Shown: positions 13,286 to 25,039, numbered from the whole stretch's first letter. The stretch: DNA of 62,982 nucleotides, filler included, from Hausera hauseri (GCA_046269625.1; 13 parts of 13 records of this genome joined end to end with filler, not necessarily neighbours in it), one strand, 5' to 3'. Notes: generated from the letters alone by a model not told the origin. Numbers and translations: made by a program.

Positions 13286-14803
13286 AAGTGATCGAATGAG
13301 TCATGTCAATTGATTTACTCTTATTCATCGTTACATTTTTGTGGTACTTAGTCGTTTAGTGAGAGATGTTTCGATTTCTGTATGTATCAGTATATCATCT
13401 TGGTAAACCTTGAAGTATCGATTGCATCACTGCTTGGATTATTGTTGAAGAGCTTCAATGCCCATTATACGTCTGTTTGTATTGATTACAAAATGTTCTT
13501 GTGATTTTTTCATCCAATGAAATTTGCAAATCAATTTTGGTAGAGAATTCTGATTTCGTCAGTCACTGAAAATTTTCCTCTGATCTTGTTATTGGACATG
13601 CGTTGTTTAATATTTTATCATTCATATGAACTTTGTAATCTACACACGTTTTCAATTTTCCGTTAGGTTTCTTTACCAAAACAAATGGTGATCGATTTGG
13701 TGACGGCATCATTAAATACATGATTTCCAAGTGTTCATCATTGACCTATATATAAAACCTTGTAAAATATTTTATGTTGTTTAAATATTGTATAATAAAT
13801 ATACTTTTACGGCTTGCTTTTAAAAAATTTTCGCCATATTGTTAAAAAAACGTATTATTGCAGTTTTAATCCTGATTTTCCAGCCAGTTTTGTTTTAGGC
13901 GTTTATTTGTGTTTTGCAAATCTATAACTGTATTGATTGCAAATTTGGTGGTTATTTTTTCAGCGTTGCATTTTTATAAGTTCTTAATAGTGATAATTTG
14001 TGAAAAATTTTTATTCAATTACACTTAACATTAATTTTATTAATTTAATTAGCATTAATTTAATAAAAACCAGTTCCATTTTCTGATCAACATAACATAT
14101 ATTTCTATTCGAACTATGATGCAAACGTATGATGGTTCTAATTGTTATTCATTTGTCTAATATTATACTATATCTTTGGTTGTTTTGCTAGATCATTAAA
14201 GTTTTATAGTATTGGATTCTTTTTATTTCTACACATTGTATCGTTACTCGATCACATATTTACAAAAAATATAAGATATTAACTAGATGCATAAAGGAGG
14301 ACCCTATCGTGTATCGCGACCCGAAGGTCGCGTGTTTAAAATCTCACTAATTAAGAGGAAGAGCGACCAGTGCGCCCCCTGGTGTCGGACTCATACATTA
14401 AAACCATGTAAGTCAAAGCAACCCACAGGTTGCTGTTTAATTAAATAAAGGTTAAATTTTGAGGTCGAAGGACGCAATCCATTATCGATTTCTAAAACCT
14501 AAGAAAAATTCTGGATTTCTAGCAAGCCTTGACACATTATAAAAGTATTTCCAATGTCAATATTAAAATTAATTCATTGATTTAAATTTAATAAACGACA
14601 TGAATATGATTTGAATGGTTTTGTTAGAATAATCATATGCCGATTCCCAAAATTGTCGAAAGCATCCATTGAACTTGATAACATTTTCCCATACAATAAA
14701 CTGNNNNNNNNNNNNNNNNNNNNNNNNNNNNNNNNNNNNNNNNNNNNTTAATTAATTAANNNNNNNNNNNNNNNNNNNNNNNNNNNNNNNNNNNNNNNNN
14801 NNN

Positions 14804-14994
14804 GTATCGTTCAAATCCAGGTATTCATTGTCCGATGCCATAATGTTAAACTGAATGTCAATGTTATCATCCGTTGAAACCGAATCAACGGGGTAGATTT
14901 CTTCCAATGCCGCATTGTCAATAACAATTTGTGGTGCGGTTTTGTGGAATATACGCAATTCAGATTTTGCAGATGCTATTTGTCTGTCAATCAA
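14804..14994 (-). CDS. Polinton/adintovirus major capsid protein, N-terminus (cut by contig end)
   Basis: KSELRIF..PQIVID...EIYPVDS...IQFNIMASDNEYLDLND matches the SELxLF..PTQ...IEF....YLDL N-terminus of adintovirus-type hexon; position follows the core gene and minor capsids. Confidence 0.8.
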
Positions 14995-15353
14995 TCAATC
15001 GAAAATCGTACGTCAACGACGTTTGTTTACAGTTGAAAAGATAGCTGATCCACCACCACGTTTTCTCAAGCCACTATCAGCGAATTGTTTTTTGACCAAT
15101 TCAACGACTTCTGGTGCAGCGCTTTTATTTCTGTCAAGGTATGTTCCTTCAGTGATGGTAAAATCGATTTGTTTTCATACAGTACGTCCTGTGCACTTTT
15201 TGCTGCCATGGCTCCAATACGCTTCAACACTGGAAATGATAAGTGTACCAATGTACGCAACTATCCTGAGCCATACTGTTTACCAACGAAATACGGTAGT
15301 TCACCGCCTTTCTGGAGTTTACTGTAAATGAAAACGATTTCAGAATCGATCAT
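14995..15353 (-). pseudogene. Polinton/adintovirus small core (QxGxG-type) protein
   Basis: MIDSEIVFIYSKLQKGGELPYFVGKQYGSG*LRTLVHLSFPVLKRIG; basic C-terminus ending RTIFD*; contains a stop and a frameshift. Confidence 0.7.
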
Positions 15354-16414
15354 GTTGGATTCGACGGAAATGAAGAGTTACACTGGTTGTGATACCGTAC
15401 GTAAATTCAGTAAGGAAGCCCGCATCACATCGGATATTCACTTCAACATTTTTTGTAGATGTAAATGCCACAGGTAAGTACATTGTCACTGTCAAGCTCG
15501 ATAATCCATTGTCGCCGGCAGTATACATGCCACTTTCCGGACAAATTGCACGGAAAAGCGGTACACATATTCCACCGACAAAAATCGATTCGGTGACGTT
15601 CACGTAAATGTACATTTGACTTAGACCAGTTTTCATTTTGGGTTTAAGTGTTGCAACATGTGCCGTCTTCGTATTCACCTTAAACCGATGTTCTTCAAAA
15701 CCCAATACCATGGCCAAAGCTTTGTCAAATGAAATGTCGACAGTATCCTCAGCCAGTTCAAAATTAATGTACCCATTTGCATCTGACTCGAAAACTTTAA
15801 ATATCTCTGTACTTTGCATTTGAAGAAAACATGTTGACAGAGATGTGCTACAGATTCGCTATAGGCATTGTCTCCAATCGACACGTATGACTTTGACACC
15901 CTTTCTGCTGTATAGGTATATTTCACAGTAGTCTGGTAATATACGGGACTTAATCTTGGACCAACTACATATTCACTTTTAATATGTTTACTTTTGTACT
16001 CTGTATTTTGAATCCAAATTTCTGCGCCATCTCAGAGGACTCAAAGGTAAGAGTAAATTTAAACTCTTCCATAAAATGTAAATTTTGATCTAAAATAAAA
16101 ACACCGATCTTGCTGTGTGAACCGTAATTTTCTTTGGTCGTGCAAATGGCCGATTCTCCAACTGTTATTTTATTGTTAGTAAGTGTCAGAGGACTAGAAT
16201 TTGTTTTGATTTCAGTAACAGTCTTGTCGTACGTTATTTTCATACTACCTTTCAATGTCACCGGTGAGTAGGGAAAGTTAAATTCCGTCACTGCAACCTC
16301 CCATTTTCCAAATAAATCCAAAGGATTGTTCCGATCTACAACGTGTTCACTGGCTGAATTGTTCGGATGAGTCGTCGGACAACTGTTGCTCAGCAACACC
16401 ATGTAAATACTCAT
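15340..16414 (-). pseudogene. Polinton minor capsid (penton-like), copy 2
   Basis: N-terminus MSIYMVLLSNS..HPNN..PLDLFGKWEVAVTEF; C-terminus MYIYVNVTESIFVGG..PLFRAI..MYLPV..VTLHFRR; split by lesions. Confidence 0.82.
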
Positions 16415-16480
16415 GATCTTGATGATGATAATGACGATGATGGTGGTGATGATGATGGTAGCAATGACGCCGTTTGTTTA

Positions 16481-17544
16481 TTATCGACGACGACGACGAA
16501 AATGTAGCATCAAACGTGTCTTGGCTCCAAACAGAAATTTAATGGGTTTCAAAAATTCGTCTAATATATACACGGAAATACTGTGCACAACATTGTGAGA
16601 CAACGGTAAATACATGAGCCGGATGATATTTATATAAGCAGTTTCGCTCGTGTTTTGTACGTGTCCGAATCTAGTCCAATAGAGGCCAATAGTTGTTTAC
16701 GGTCTCCGCCAACGTATACGGGTTCGGTTAGATCCGTTAAAATATTGATTCGACGATATGCTTCGTAGAGACATAGTTTGTGTTTATCAACAATGGACCG
16801 TCCGCCGTTGGTTTAACCGAATTCTCGTTTGTTAAAACAGAGATTCCGTGCCAGTAGTTTATCAAAGGCAAAATATGTAACATTATCATGTAGCGGAAAC
16901 GAAATACGACCATCAGAGTTTAATTCAAATGTCTTGAGAGCCAATTTATCTACAACCTTGATGGTTGCGCACAATTCTGTTTCCGTTTCCATAAGAAAAC
17001 CAGTTCATGTTGCATGAGAGTAAAAGAATAATTCAGTCTTTTGCCAGTTCACTGTAATATCGGTGGTTTTCGTGGTGTTTTCGGAAAAGTTCAATTTTCC
17101 ACTAATTATACTATGTCCATAAAGCTGTAGACCTTTCGAGCGCACATTAACAGATTGAAAACCCCATGCCTGAGCTTCGGCTAGTGGTTTAAATTGCAAT
17201 TCAATCGGATGTTTATGTTTTAGAACCAATTGAATGCTTAAATGAAAGATATAAACCCGGAAATATTGCCGCTTGTAATCGCGAACGTGAAATGTTCCAT
17301 TAGAGTCTCGGACTAACTGCAAACGACTAGATGCAGGAGATTGTCTTAGTAGAGTATAGTATATTCCACTGTTCTCACGTATTGTAATTGGTAAAAATGT
17401 AAATGTGAATTCCGCCAAAGCCACTTCTCAGGCTCCTTGGCGTAAATCGACCGGTTGGTCCAACGCCATGGTAAACCGTTCAGTGGTATTGTTGTTGTCA
17501 TGTTCTGATAATCTTTTACTATCAAGTACCAAATAAATGCTCAT
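16481..17544 (-). pseudogene. Polinton minor capsid (penton-like), copy 1
   Basis: N-terminus MSIYLVLDSK..NNTTERFTMALDQPVDLRQGA*EVALAEF; C-terminus ILTDLTEPVYVGG..LLASI..MYLPL..LMLHFRRRR*. The ATG overlaps the integrase stop (TAATG). Confidence 0.8.
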
Positions 17545-18616
17545 TACTCAATCTGCGATGCAAATATCCAACTAGGTGTAGTGTATCCGTACCACTTGAC
17601 GAGATATTTTTTATTACAACCTTTGCAGAGTGAATGTAGAATTTCCTGAATACGATACACATCAGGTTTTCCGCTAGTAATTACAATTCCTGTTCGTAAA
17701 ATTTGCCACGTATTTCGTCACTATTTTCATCTTCTAAAACGTACATAACAGGTGTTTGATTTGTGTTGATTTCTGAAATTCGGAAAACCTCATCGCTCCA
17801 GTTCTGACTAAACTTCTTAACGAATGGCGTAGTACTTATTTTCGAAATACGTACGTAAGCACCGATTTTATATTTTGGGCGTTTAATTGTCTGTCGTTGT
17901 GTTCGGTTTTGATAAAGCCATATGACCAAATCATCGATTATATCCACAGGCTGTAAACCATTGATACCACGATGTTTCGAATGATTGTATGCATGGATAA
18001 TATCCGGTAGTACATCTACTCAGCGTTTGTTGCCCTGCTTGGTAAAGAATTTGTTCAGTCGATGTCGTAGGGTTCGATTAAATCGTTCAACAAGTGCAGC
18101 CTTGTATTGTGAAAACACCGAGTAGTGGTTTACATCGAACCGCCTCAAAACCAACGCGACATGGGAGTTGTAAAATTCTTTACTCAAATCCATTTGTACG
18201 TTTCGGCGGTTGTTTTTGTTTTTGTTCAATTAATCTGTGAACAGCTTCGGCAATCTCTTTACCGGATTTGGATTTGACAGCAACTGCACGTGCAAAACGA
18301 TTAAACACATCAACGCATGTCAGCACATACCGGTACCCATCGTGGATGCTGGCGTAAGAAATAATTTCCATCAGATCCATTTGACATACATTACTGATAC
18401 TTGCAGCACGGTAGGCACGAGTTAAAAACCGCCTTTCTATCAGTTTGTTTAGGATGTATGCTAACTGTTTTCTCAGCCAACGTTGGGTTTGTAGCCGACT
18501 CTGACAGTCTTTGACAGTTTGTCGACGCCAGTATACCCGACGGGATGACGCGGATCAAACCACACGTCGCCCATCGTTGTTGTCGGTGTTGTCGACGATG
18601 TCGTTTTTGTTAGCAT
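17544..18616 (-). pseudogene. Polinton RVE integrase with C-terminal chromodomain
   Basis: WFDPRHPVGYTGVDKL, MDLMEI, YVLTCVDVFNR, QMDLSKEFYN, KAALVERFNRTL, GKFYEQEL and KYLVKWYGY..SWI; several frameshifts and stops. Confidence 0.92.
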
Positions 18617-18726
18617 TACAGTAATTAGAACGAAACGCTAATGAAAGATTCGGTAAACTGGGACAAAATGATGAAGACCATGCATCCATATCGCTAAATC
18701 ATCATATACTTACCGTCATTGCTTAT

Positions 18727-19345
18727 ACTAAACTGTTCCACCAATGAGTCAACCCAGTAATGACGTGACAACCGGTAGAATTGGACCAAGGAATCCGACA
18801 TCTTGCTGGTACATGACCTCTCGTTTCAAACCTTTACTACGAGCGTTGGCAAGGTCAATGAGTCGTTTTCGATATTTTAGTAAATTCCGCTTTTCACTAA
18901 CAATATCAACATGACCCGCAATCGTCTACTACAAATTGCGCGAATGATCGTAGCATGTTTCGTTTATGTCTCGTAAGTGCCTTGAGCAAAGCAATAAAAT
19001 ACGGCTGACTACGTTTGAATCGCATTTTTGGACGTATTGATGCTGATACGTAGTTGTTCATAACCGTTGACACTGTGACAGTAATTTGCGTCTAGTAGCT
19101 GCTGCTGTTGTTCAAAGCATAGAATTGATTAATCGCTTGACTGTAGCGGTTCGTTTTGACACATGTTTCTTGCCGGACACCCGCTTGGTAGGTTTACGTT
19201 TAACAATTGTTTTTCTCAAATTCTTCATTTTATCACAATCATGTCGTCGATTTTCGAATCCTTTTATAGACATGTACACCTTTCTGTTCGTACAGAAGCT
19301 GTACATGTTCGTACATCTGTTCGTGCACGCATGTAATCTGAACAC
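18727..19345 (-). pseudogene. Polinton small basic protein(s) ending in amphipathic GFLGPILPVVTSLLG
   Basis: Lys/Arg-rich start, LLKYRKRLIDLA, and QQDVGFLGPILPVVTSLLG (Q-x-G-G-F-L-like motif); sits directly upstream of the integrase. Confidence 0.6.
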
Positions 19346-19719
19346 TGTTGCATAAAGTTAATAAACAGACATCCATGCTGTTTGTTCGTAGCATCATGAT
19401 ATGCATCGGTCAAGTAGGCTCGGTNNNNNNNNNNNNNNNNNNNNNNNNNNNNNNNNNNNNNNNNNNNNTTAATTAATTAANNNNNNNNNNNNNNNNNNNN
19501 NNNNNNNNNNNNNNNNNNNNNNNNCTTCTATCTCAAAGTTGTGGCGATGCCTTGTACATGGAAAAGGCGGGAAAATTCTTGATAAAGAAGGGAAACCAAG
19601 AAAAAGCACAAAGTCAAATTCAAAGTAATTTTATGTTTGGATATTTTTCTACATTTACGGCGCATTCGATAAACCGTATAGCTAAGGGACCGAGCGTGCC
19701 CGCCCCCGCTGTACTGCAT

Positions 19720-19947
19720 CCCTTTTCTCTTCTTACTTTTTCCCATAATAAACATGTGTACACATTGGAGGTTGCATACAAACATACGGCACACATCCTT
19801 TATTCTGCATTGCCTTCCTTTTTCGGCTTCTCCGATTTTTATTACATGCACAATGGCCTAACTCTGTTACCTTCCGACTCTCTGTCATCTTTTGCATCCG
19901 GGAAACATTCAATGATTCTCACAATCAATTTTCGTATCCGTGGTGGA
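19720..19947 (+). CDS. Ubiquitin-like domain (76 aa, ends RIRGG) fused in frame upstream of Gag
   Basis: VYTLEVAYKHT resembles Ub TITLEVEPSDT; FYYMHNGLTL..SLSSF resembles LIFAGKQLE..TLSDY; LTINFRIRGG resembles LHLVLRLRGG. Homologous segment at 56445-56663. Confidence 0.78.
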
Positions 19948-20994
19948 TCAGACCCTGACCCTTCCGCAGAAAATTTAACCAAAGCCAAACCTTGTCGTCG
20001 TCCTGCCGACCTCACATCAACTACATCTCCAAATCTCCATTACACATATTTTTTTCTTGATAAAACCAATTCGAGTCGCACTTGGTTACAGTTCAATTTG
20101 CAGTGGCTTAAAGCCAATCATATCACAGACTCCTTTTTGCGGGTGAACAGTTTGCTGCTACTACGTTCAGCCAATATCAAGCAGCAAATCAACAATCTTG
20201 CTGACATACTTACTTCTTCAGGCCCATATGATATGCTTTATGAATCAGTTCTGCATATCACCGACCCTTCCATTGACAGCATAATTCAGAAATATTTTAA
20301 TGAACACGCCATAGGTAATCAAAAACCGTTGGATTTCCTTAAAACTGCAATTTTGCAATTGAGCTCTTTGGGCCTCATTCCCGTAAACAATGCCGATCTT
20401 CTTCGTCGGTATTTTCTTTCATCCTTGCCAACCTTCATCAGAGCGCTGCTCACGGTAGTAGAAAAAAAGCCCTTGAAAAGATCGTCTTATTGGCAGAAAA
20501 AAGTTTTGACATTTTGCAATCTAATAGTTCAAAGTCAGTAGCTGCACTGACCGCTCACACGCCATCACACAGATAACACTATTTGCACAACAACTGCATA
20601 TGATGGAGAAGCAATTCGACACACTCCAATAGGCAATATCTGCGATCACGGCCAAACTCAGTGACTTATCCATGCCTCGAGGAAACAAAAACCGTGTTTC
20701 GCATAATCGTAGCTTTTCCAGGCATTATTCGCGGTCTAAATCTCGAGATGGTAGAATAATTTGCTTCTATCACAATAAATTCGGTATAGAAGCAAGAAAG
20801 TGTGTTTTACGTTGTCGATTCTACGATGAACGTTATGTAGTAGACAACCCGATCTGCATCTATCACACAAAGTATCAGTCCATGGCTAGGTCGTGTGTGC
20901 CAGGATGCAAATATTATAAAAAGAATTCTAGTTTTTCTCCATCTTCTTCGCCTTCTCGTACTCATAATTCCTCTTCTTTTTCCCAACAATCCTC

Positions 20995-21045
20995 AAAAAA
21001 CTAATAATGCCACCAGATGCCACGGCACATTCTGGTATAGGCAAT
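20995..21045 (+). promoter_or_regulatory. gag/pol -1 ribosomal frameshift site (A_AAA_AAC followed by stop and a GC-rich structure)
   Basis: tcA AAA AAC TAA is in the gag frame and the protease ORF is in the -1 frame. The same heptamer occurs at 46529-46535 (+) and 55361-55367 (-). Confidence 0.85.
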
Positions 21046-24000
21046 ATCGCTCAAATTTCTGGCCGCTTCGACACCGCCTCTGCAGTCTTTCTGTTGAAAG
21101 CTAAAATGTTATTTGTAGACATCTCACACATAGATTTCCTCATTGATTCAGGAGCTGCCTTTTTACTTCTTCCTTCGTCCTTTGCTCCTACATCTAACAC
21201 AGTTTACTTTCCTTCACTATTCACTGCCTGTGGTCAATCTTTGAACATTCTAGGTACCACTAAACTGTCTTTCACATTCTCCAACCTTCGAGGGAAATTC
21301 TCCTGAATATTTCACATAGCCAACATTAGATTGTCCAAAATAGGCTCCGATTTCCTGGCTGCATACGATTTGTTAGTCGACCGTAAGCATAGATGCCTTC
21401 TGCGTAAAAACTGTTGCAAATACCAACAAATTTTCACCAAAGGACCAGTCGGACACCTTGTCTTTCTCTGTTCATTCAAATGTCAATTTGACATGCTCCT
21501 CATCGGCTTATAAAAACACGCTTAATAATTCATCAATATTTTTAATTTCATCAAGTGAGAACAAATCAATCTTGAAACAATCGATTGAACCCAATATCAT
21601 TAATAAAATGTTCTGTGATTTTACATCAATTACAGCCACCGACTCTTCCACCAATATGCCCTCATCATTCTTATAGATGGAATCCAATATTAAATCCTTC
21701 ATCAAAACTTCTTGTTTCCGCATTCTCAAGAAGGACGTCAATTTCAAGCTGCACTCCACAACTTTTCACCACATAGTCACCGAACACTAAAGACCTATTA
21801 GACAAAAGGTCAGACCACTGTCACCTTGCATGCGAAAAGCTGTTGAATCAGAGTTCAATGAACTCAAAAAGGCTGGGATAATTCTACAGTCCAAATCACC
21901 ATGGGATTTACCATTGCATGTAGTAACAAAGAAAGATGGCAATTACAGACAATGTGGTGACTATCGTCAGTAAATAATCTAACAGTCCTGGATGCTTACC
22001 CTTTACCTATCATAATGACATTCTGCACAGCCTTACCAACATTAATACGTACTCTACAATTGACTTGCATAAAGCATATTATCAAATTCCTGTTGCACAG
22101 GATAATATTCCAAAAACTGCTACTATTACTCCATTTGGCCTCTACGAATATATCTTTATGCCAATTGGTTTACGAAGTGCTTCTCCAACTTTGCAACGAC
22201 ACATTGATACCGTATTCTCAGGCCTTGATTTCGCTCATTCATATACTGATAACATATTAGTTGCCTCTACGTCTGTCAAGCAACATCAAGAACACTTTCG
22301 TATTATCTTTCACAGACTATATTATAGAAATTTGCAAGTCAACTTGTAAAAATGTCATTTCTTTCAAAAATGTGTTAATTTCCTAGGTCACGTCATCACT
22401 CCTCACGGCCGCTCTCTACAACCTGATCGACTACAACAATTGAAGAACATAACTCGACCAATGAATACCACGGACATGAGAAGTTTCTTAGGCACACTCC
22501 ACTTCATCCACAAATACGTACCTCATTGTTCTGAGCTCACAGCACCTTTTGCACACTTGTCATCCGGAAACAAGAGGCAGTTGATTCACTGGACTCTTGA
22601 TTTAGTCACCAAGTTTGATCACTTACGCGATGGCCTAAAACCGTCGAAATACTGGCCTATCCAAAGCCCAACGCAGATCTTATACTTACCACAAATGCCT
22701 CGACCACAGCCACCGGTGCAGTACTACACCAAATTTCCAACGGTGTAGATGAACCCTTAGAATTTTACTCTAGGAAGCTTACACAACACGAAAGCCGCTA
22801 TTCAACATTTGACTGTGAGTTACTCGCCATAGTTCTGGCAGTAAAACGTTTTAAACATCTACTTCTCTCTCGTCCATTTGTGATTCAAAATGATCACAAG
22901 CCTCCTGCAAATCATGTCGTTAAAACAGCTATCATATCTCAAGCACAGGTAATTTGGTAGCAGATTTTCTATCGAAGTCGGTTGGTTCCTTCACTGTTGA
23001 GCCGATTTTTTCATCCGAAGTATTAAAGGCAAATCTACCGTCTTCTGACTTTCTTAGTTCTTTCAAATCCTTTGAGATCATCAATGGCATTGCATATGAT
23101 ACGTCGAATATCGGTAATAAAAAGATCATTCTAGCACCACTTTTACAAAAGTCAGCTTTCGTTCATACGCATTCACTACATCATCCAGGTTCGAAAGCAA
23201 CCTTTCGCCTGTTACAATGTCATGTAGTTTGGCCATCAATGCGTAAAGATGTACAGGGCTGGGTGAAAGAATGCATATGCTGTCAAAATTACAAAATCAA
23301 CAAACACCTTAAACCGCCGCTGTACAATTTACTTGCACATCACGCTTTCATACAGTTCATCTTGATCTCATTGGCCCTTTACGTGCTTATAAGGGATATC
23401 AGTATATCCTTACTATGATGGATCGTGCTTCGCGCTGGCCTGAAGCCGTTCCTCTTCGTTCAACAAACACTGATTCAGTAGCTGGTGCGTTTATAAAAAT
23501 CTAGATCAGTCGTTTTGGTTCACTACGTTACACAATAACTGATCACGGTCCACAATTTGAATCAAAACTATTCAAATTGATACTAAAACTCTTAGGGATA
23601 TCCCATTTCTACACAACTCCACATCATCCTGAAGCAAATGGCCTTCTTGAAAGGTTCCATCGAACAATAAAAATTTCCTTAAAAATCTTGGCTGACACTC
23701 ATCCCAATTGGACGTCCTTTCTAACATTTGTTCTCCTAGAGGGGCAAAACACAACATCGACCACTACTGGGTGTGTTCCAGACGAGGCACTCTTTGGAAC
23801 TCCAATTCGGGCCTTGTTTAAACTTTCTGACTTCGACGACAACCCCACAGACAAAAATATTCGTGCATCACAATTTCACTTCGTCGAGGTTAGCTCAGAT
23901 TCATTCTGTAGCCTCTTTAACAACAATAAATCTTATATTCCGAAGGATTTATACTCCGCCAAGTTTGTATGGCTGAAGAATCAATTGCCTTCTGGTTTTA

Positions 24001-24462
24001 GACCTCAATATGTCGGCCCATACAAACTGCTGAATCTTTCAAATCACACAACAACCTTCTTTTGCCAAGATAAACCTAACAACGTTCATATTTCGAATTT
24101 GAAGCCCGCTTCCTTCATTGACGACATTCCAGATGCCAATTCTACCTCAAACTCAAACTCAGCTAGCACTCCTATCGATTTTTTAAATGATTTTACATCA
24201 CCTCCAATTGCATCGTCCTTTTTGCTTCACTCATCTTCGCTATCATCCCCATTACAAAATATTACTCAACAGCCCAACACAAATCCATCGAGTAAGGTAC
24301 GCAGAGTGACATTCAGTACGTATATCAGAAAAACGTTCTTTGATGGTACACAACGCCTGACCTATACCAGGCACCGAACTTTGTTCCTTTTGCTACCCAT
24401 CGTTTTCATCCTTCTTATTTTCATCATTGTTTTTTGCCTTTAGATCGTTTCTTTTCTGCCAC

Positions 24463-24500
24463 AAGAGGGCGGTGATGTGGTGCCGCGGTTGCGGGTACAG
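24463..24500 (+). mobile_element. Polypurine tract and start of the 3' LTR of E1
   Basis: AAGAGGGCGGTGA followed by TGTGGTGCCGCGGTT. Confidence 0.8.
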
Positions 24501-25039
24501 CTCTCTTCCTCAGATTCGAAAATTCAACTTCAAGCGGAAATATCAATCTCTTTGACGTGTCTCTCTCATTTTATAAAGCATATTTCACCATCCATTATTA
24601 TTATTCATGGATAACAATTTCGACGATTCATAGGCAGAAGAATGATGTGATGATATGCATCAATAACGAGTTATTTCAACACGTGATTAGTAGCGGGTTC
24701 ACAGTCTGAAGATTTCAAGTGTAACAAATCATGCAGCTGACCAGCAAAACATTAGGTGAACAACAGACACCTGTTCAACAATAGAACAGTTATTTTGTCA
24801 AGGGTGACATATTCTGTACAGTCAGTTTTGAACTTCGTATTTCACCGTTCTAAATAAATGGTGACTTCTAGTCTCAAAGACGCCAATAACAACGCATAAA
24901 AATAATCCAGAAAACTCAATAATGACGAAAATGAATCGATATAGAGTCTGATAATGAAGATTATTATCAGTAATTTTTCAAAATTTGTAATATCTAAATA
25001 CTAATTAAAATCTCTGCTTAAATTATAACAATTGCAAAG

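Larger units (their letters stand above)
19525..24475 (+). mobile_element. Ty3/Gypsy LTR retrotransposon, CsRN1/Kabuki-like (copy E1): Ubl-gag, -1 frameshift, PR-RT-RNaseH-IN; decayed
   Basis: Gag with CxYHxxF..CxxxC motifs; protease FLIDSGA; RT CGDYR, DAYPLP, KAYYQIP, TPFGLYE; RNase H ELLAI, DHKP; integrase RWPEAVPL, ITDHGPQFES, NGLLERFHR; PPT at 24463-24475. Confidence 0.95.
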
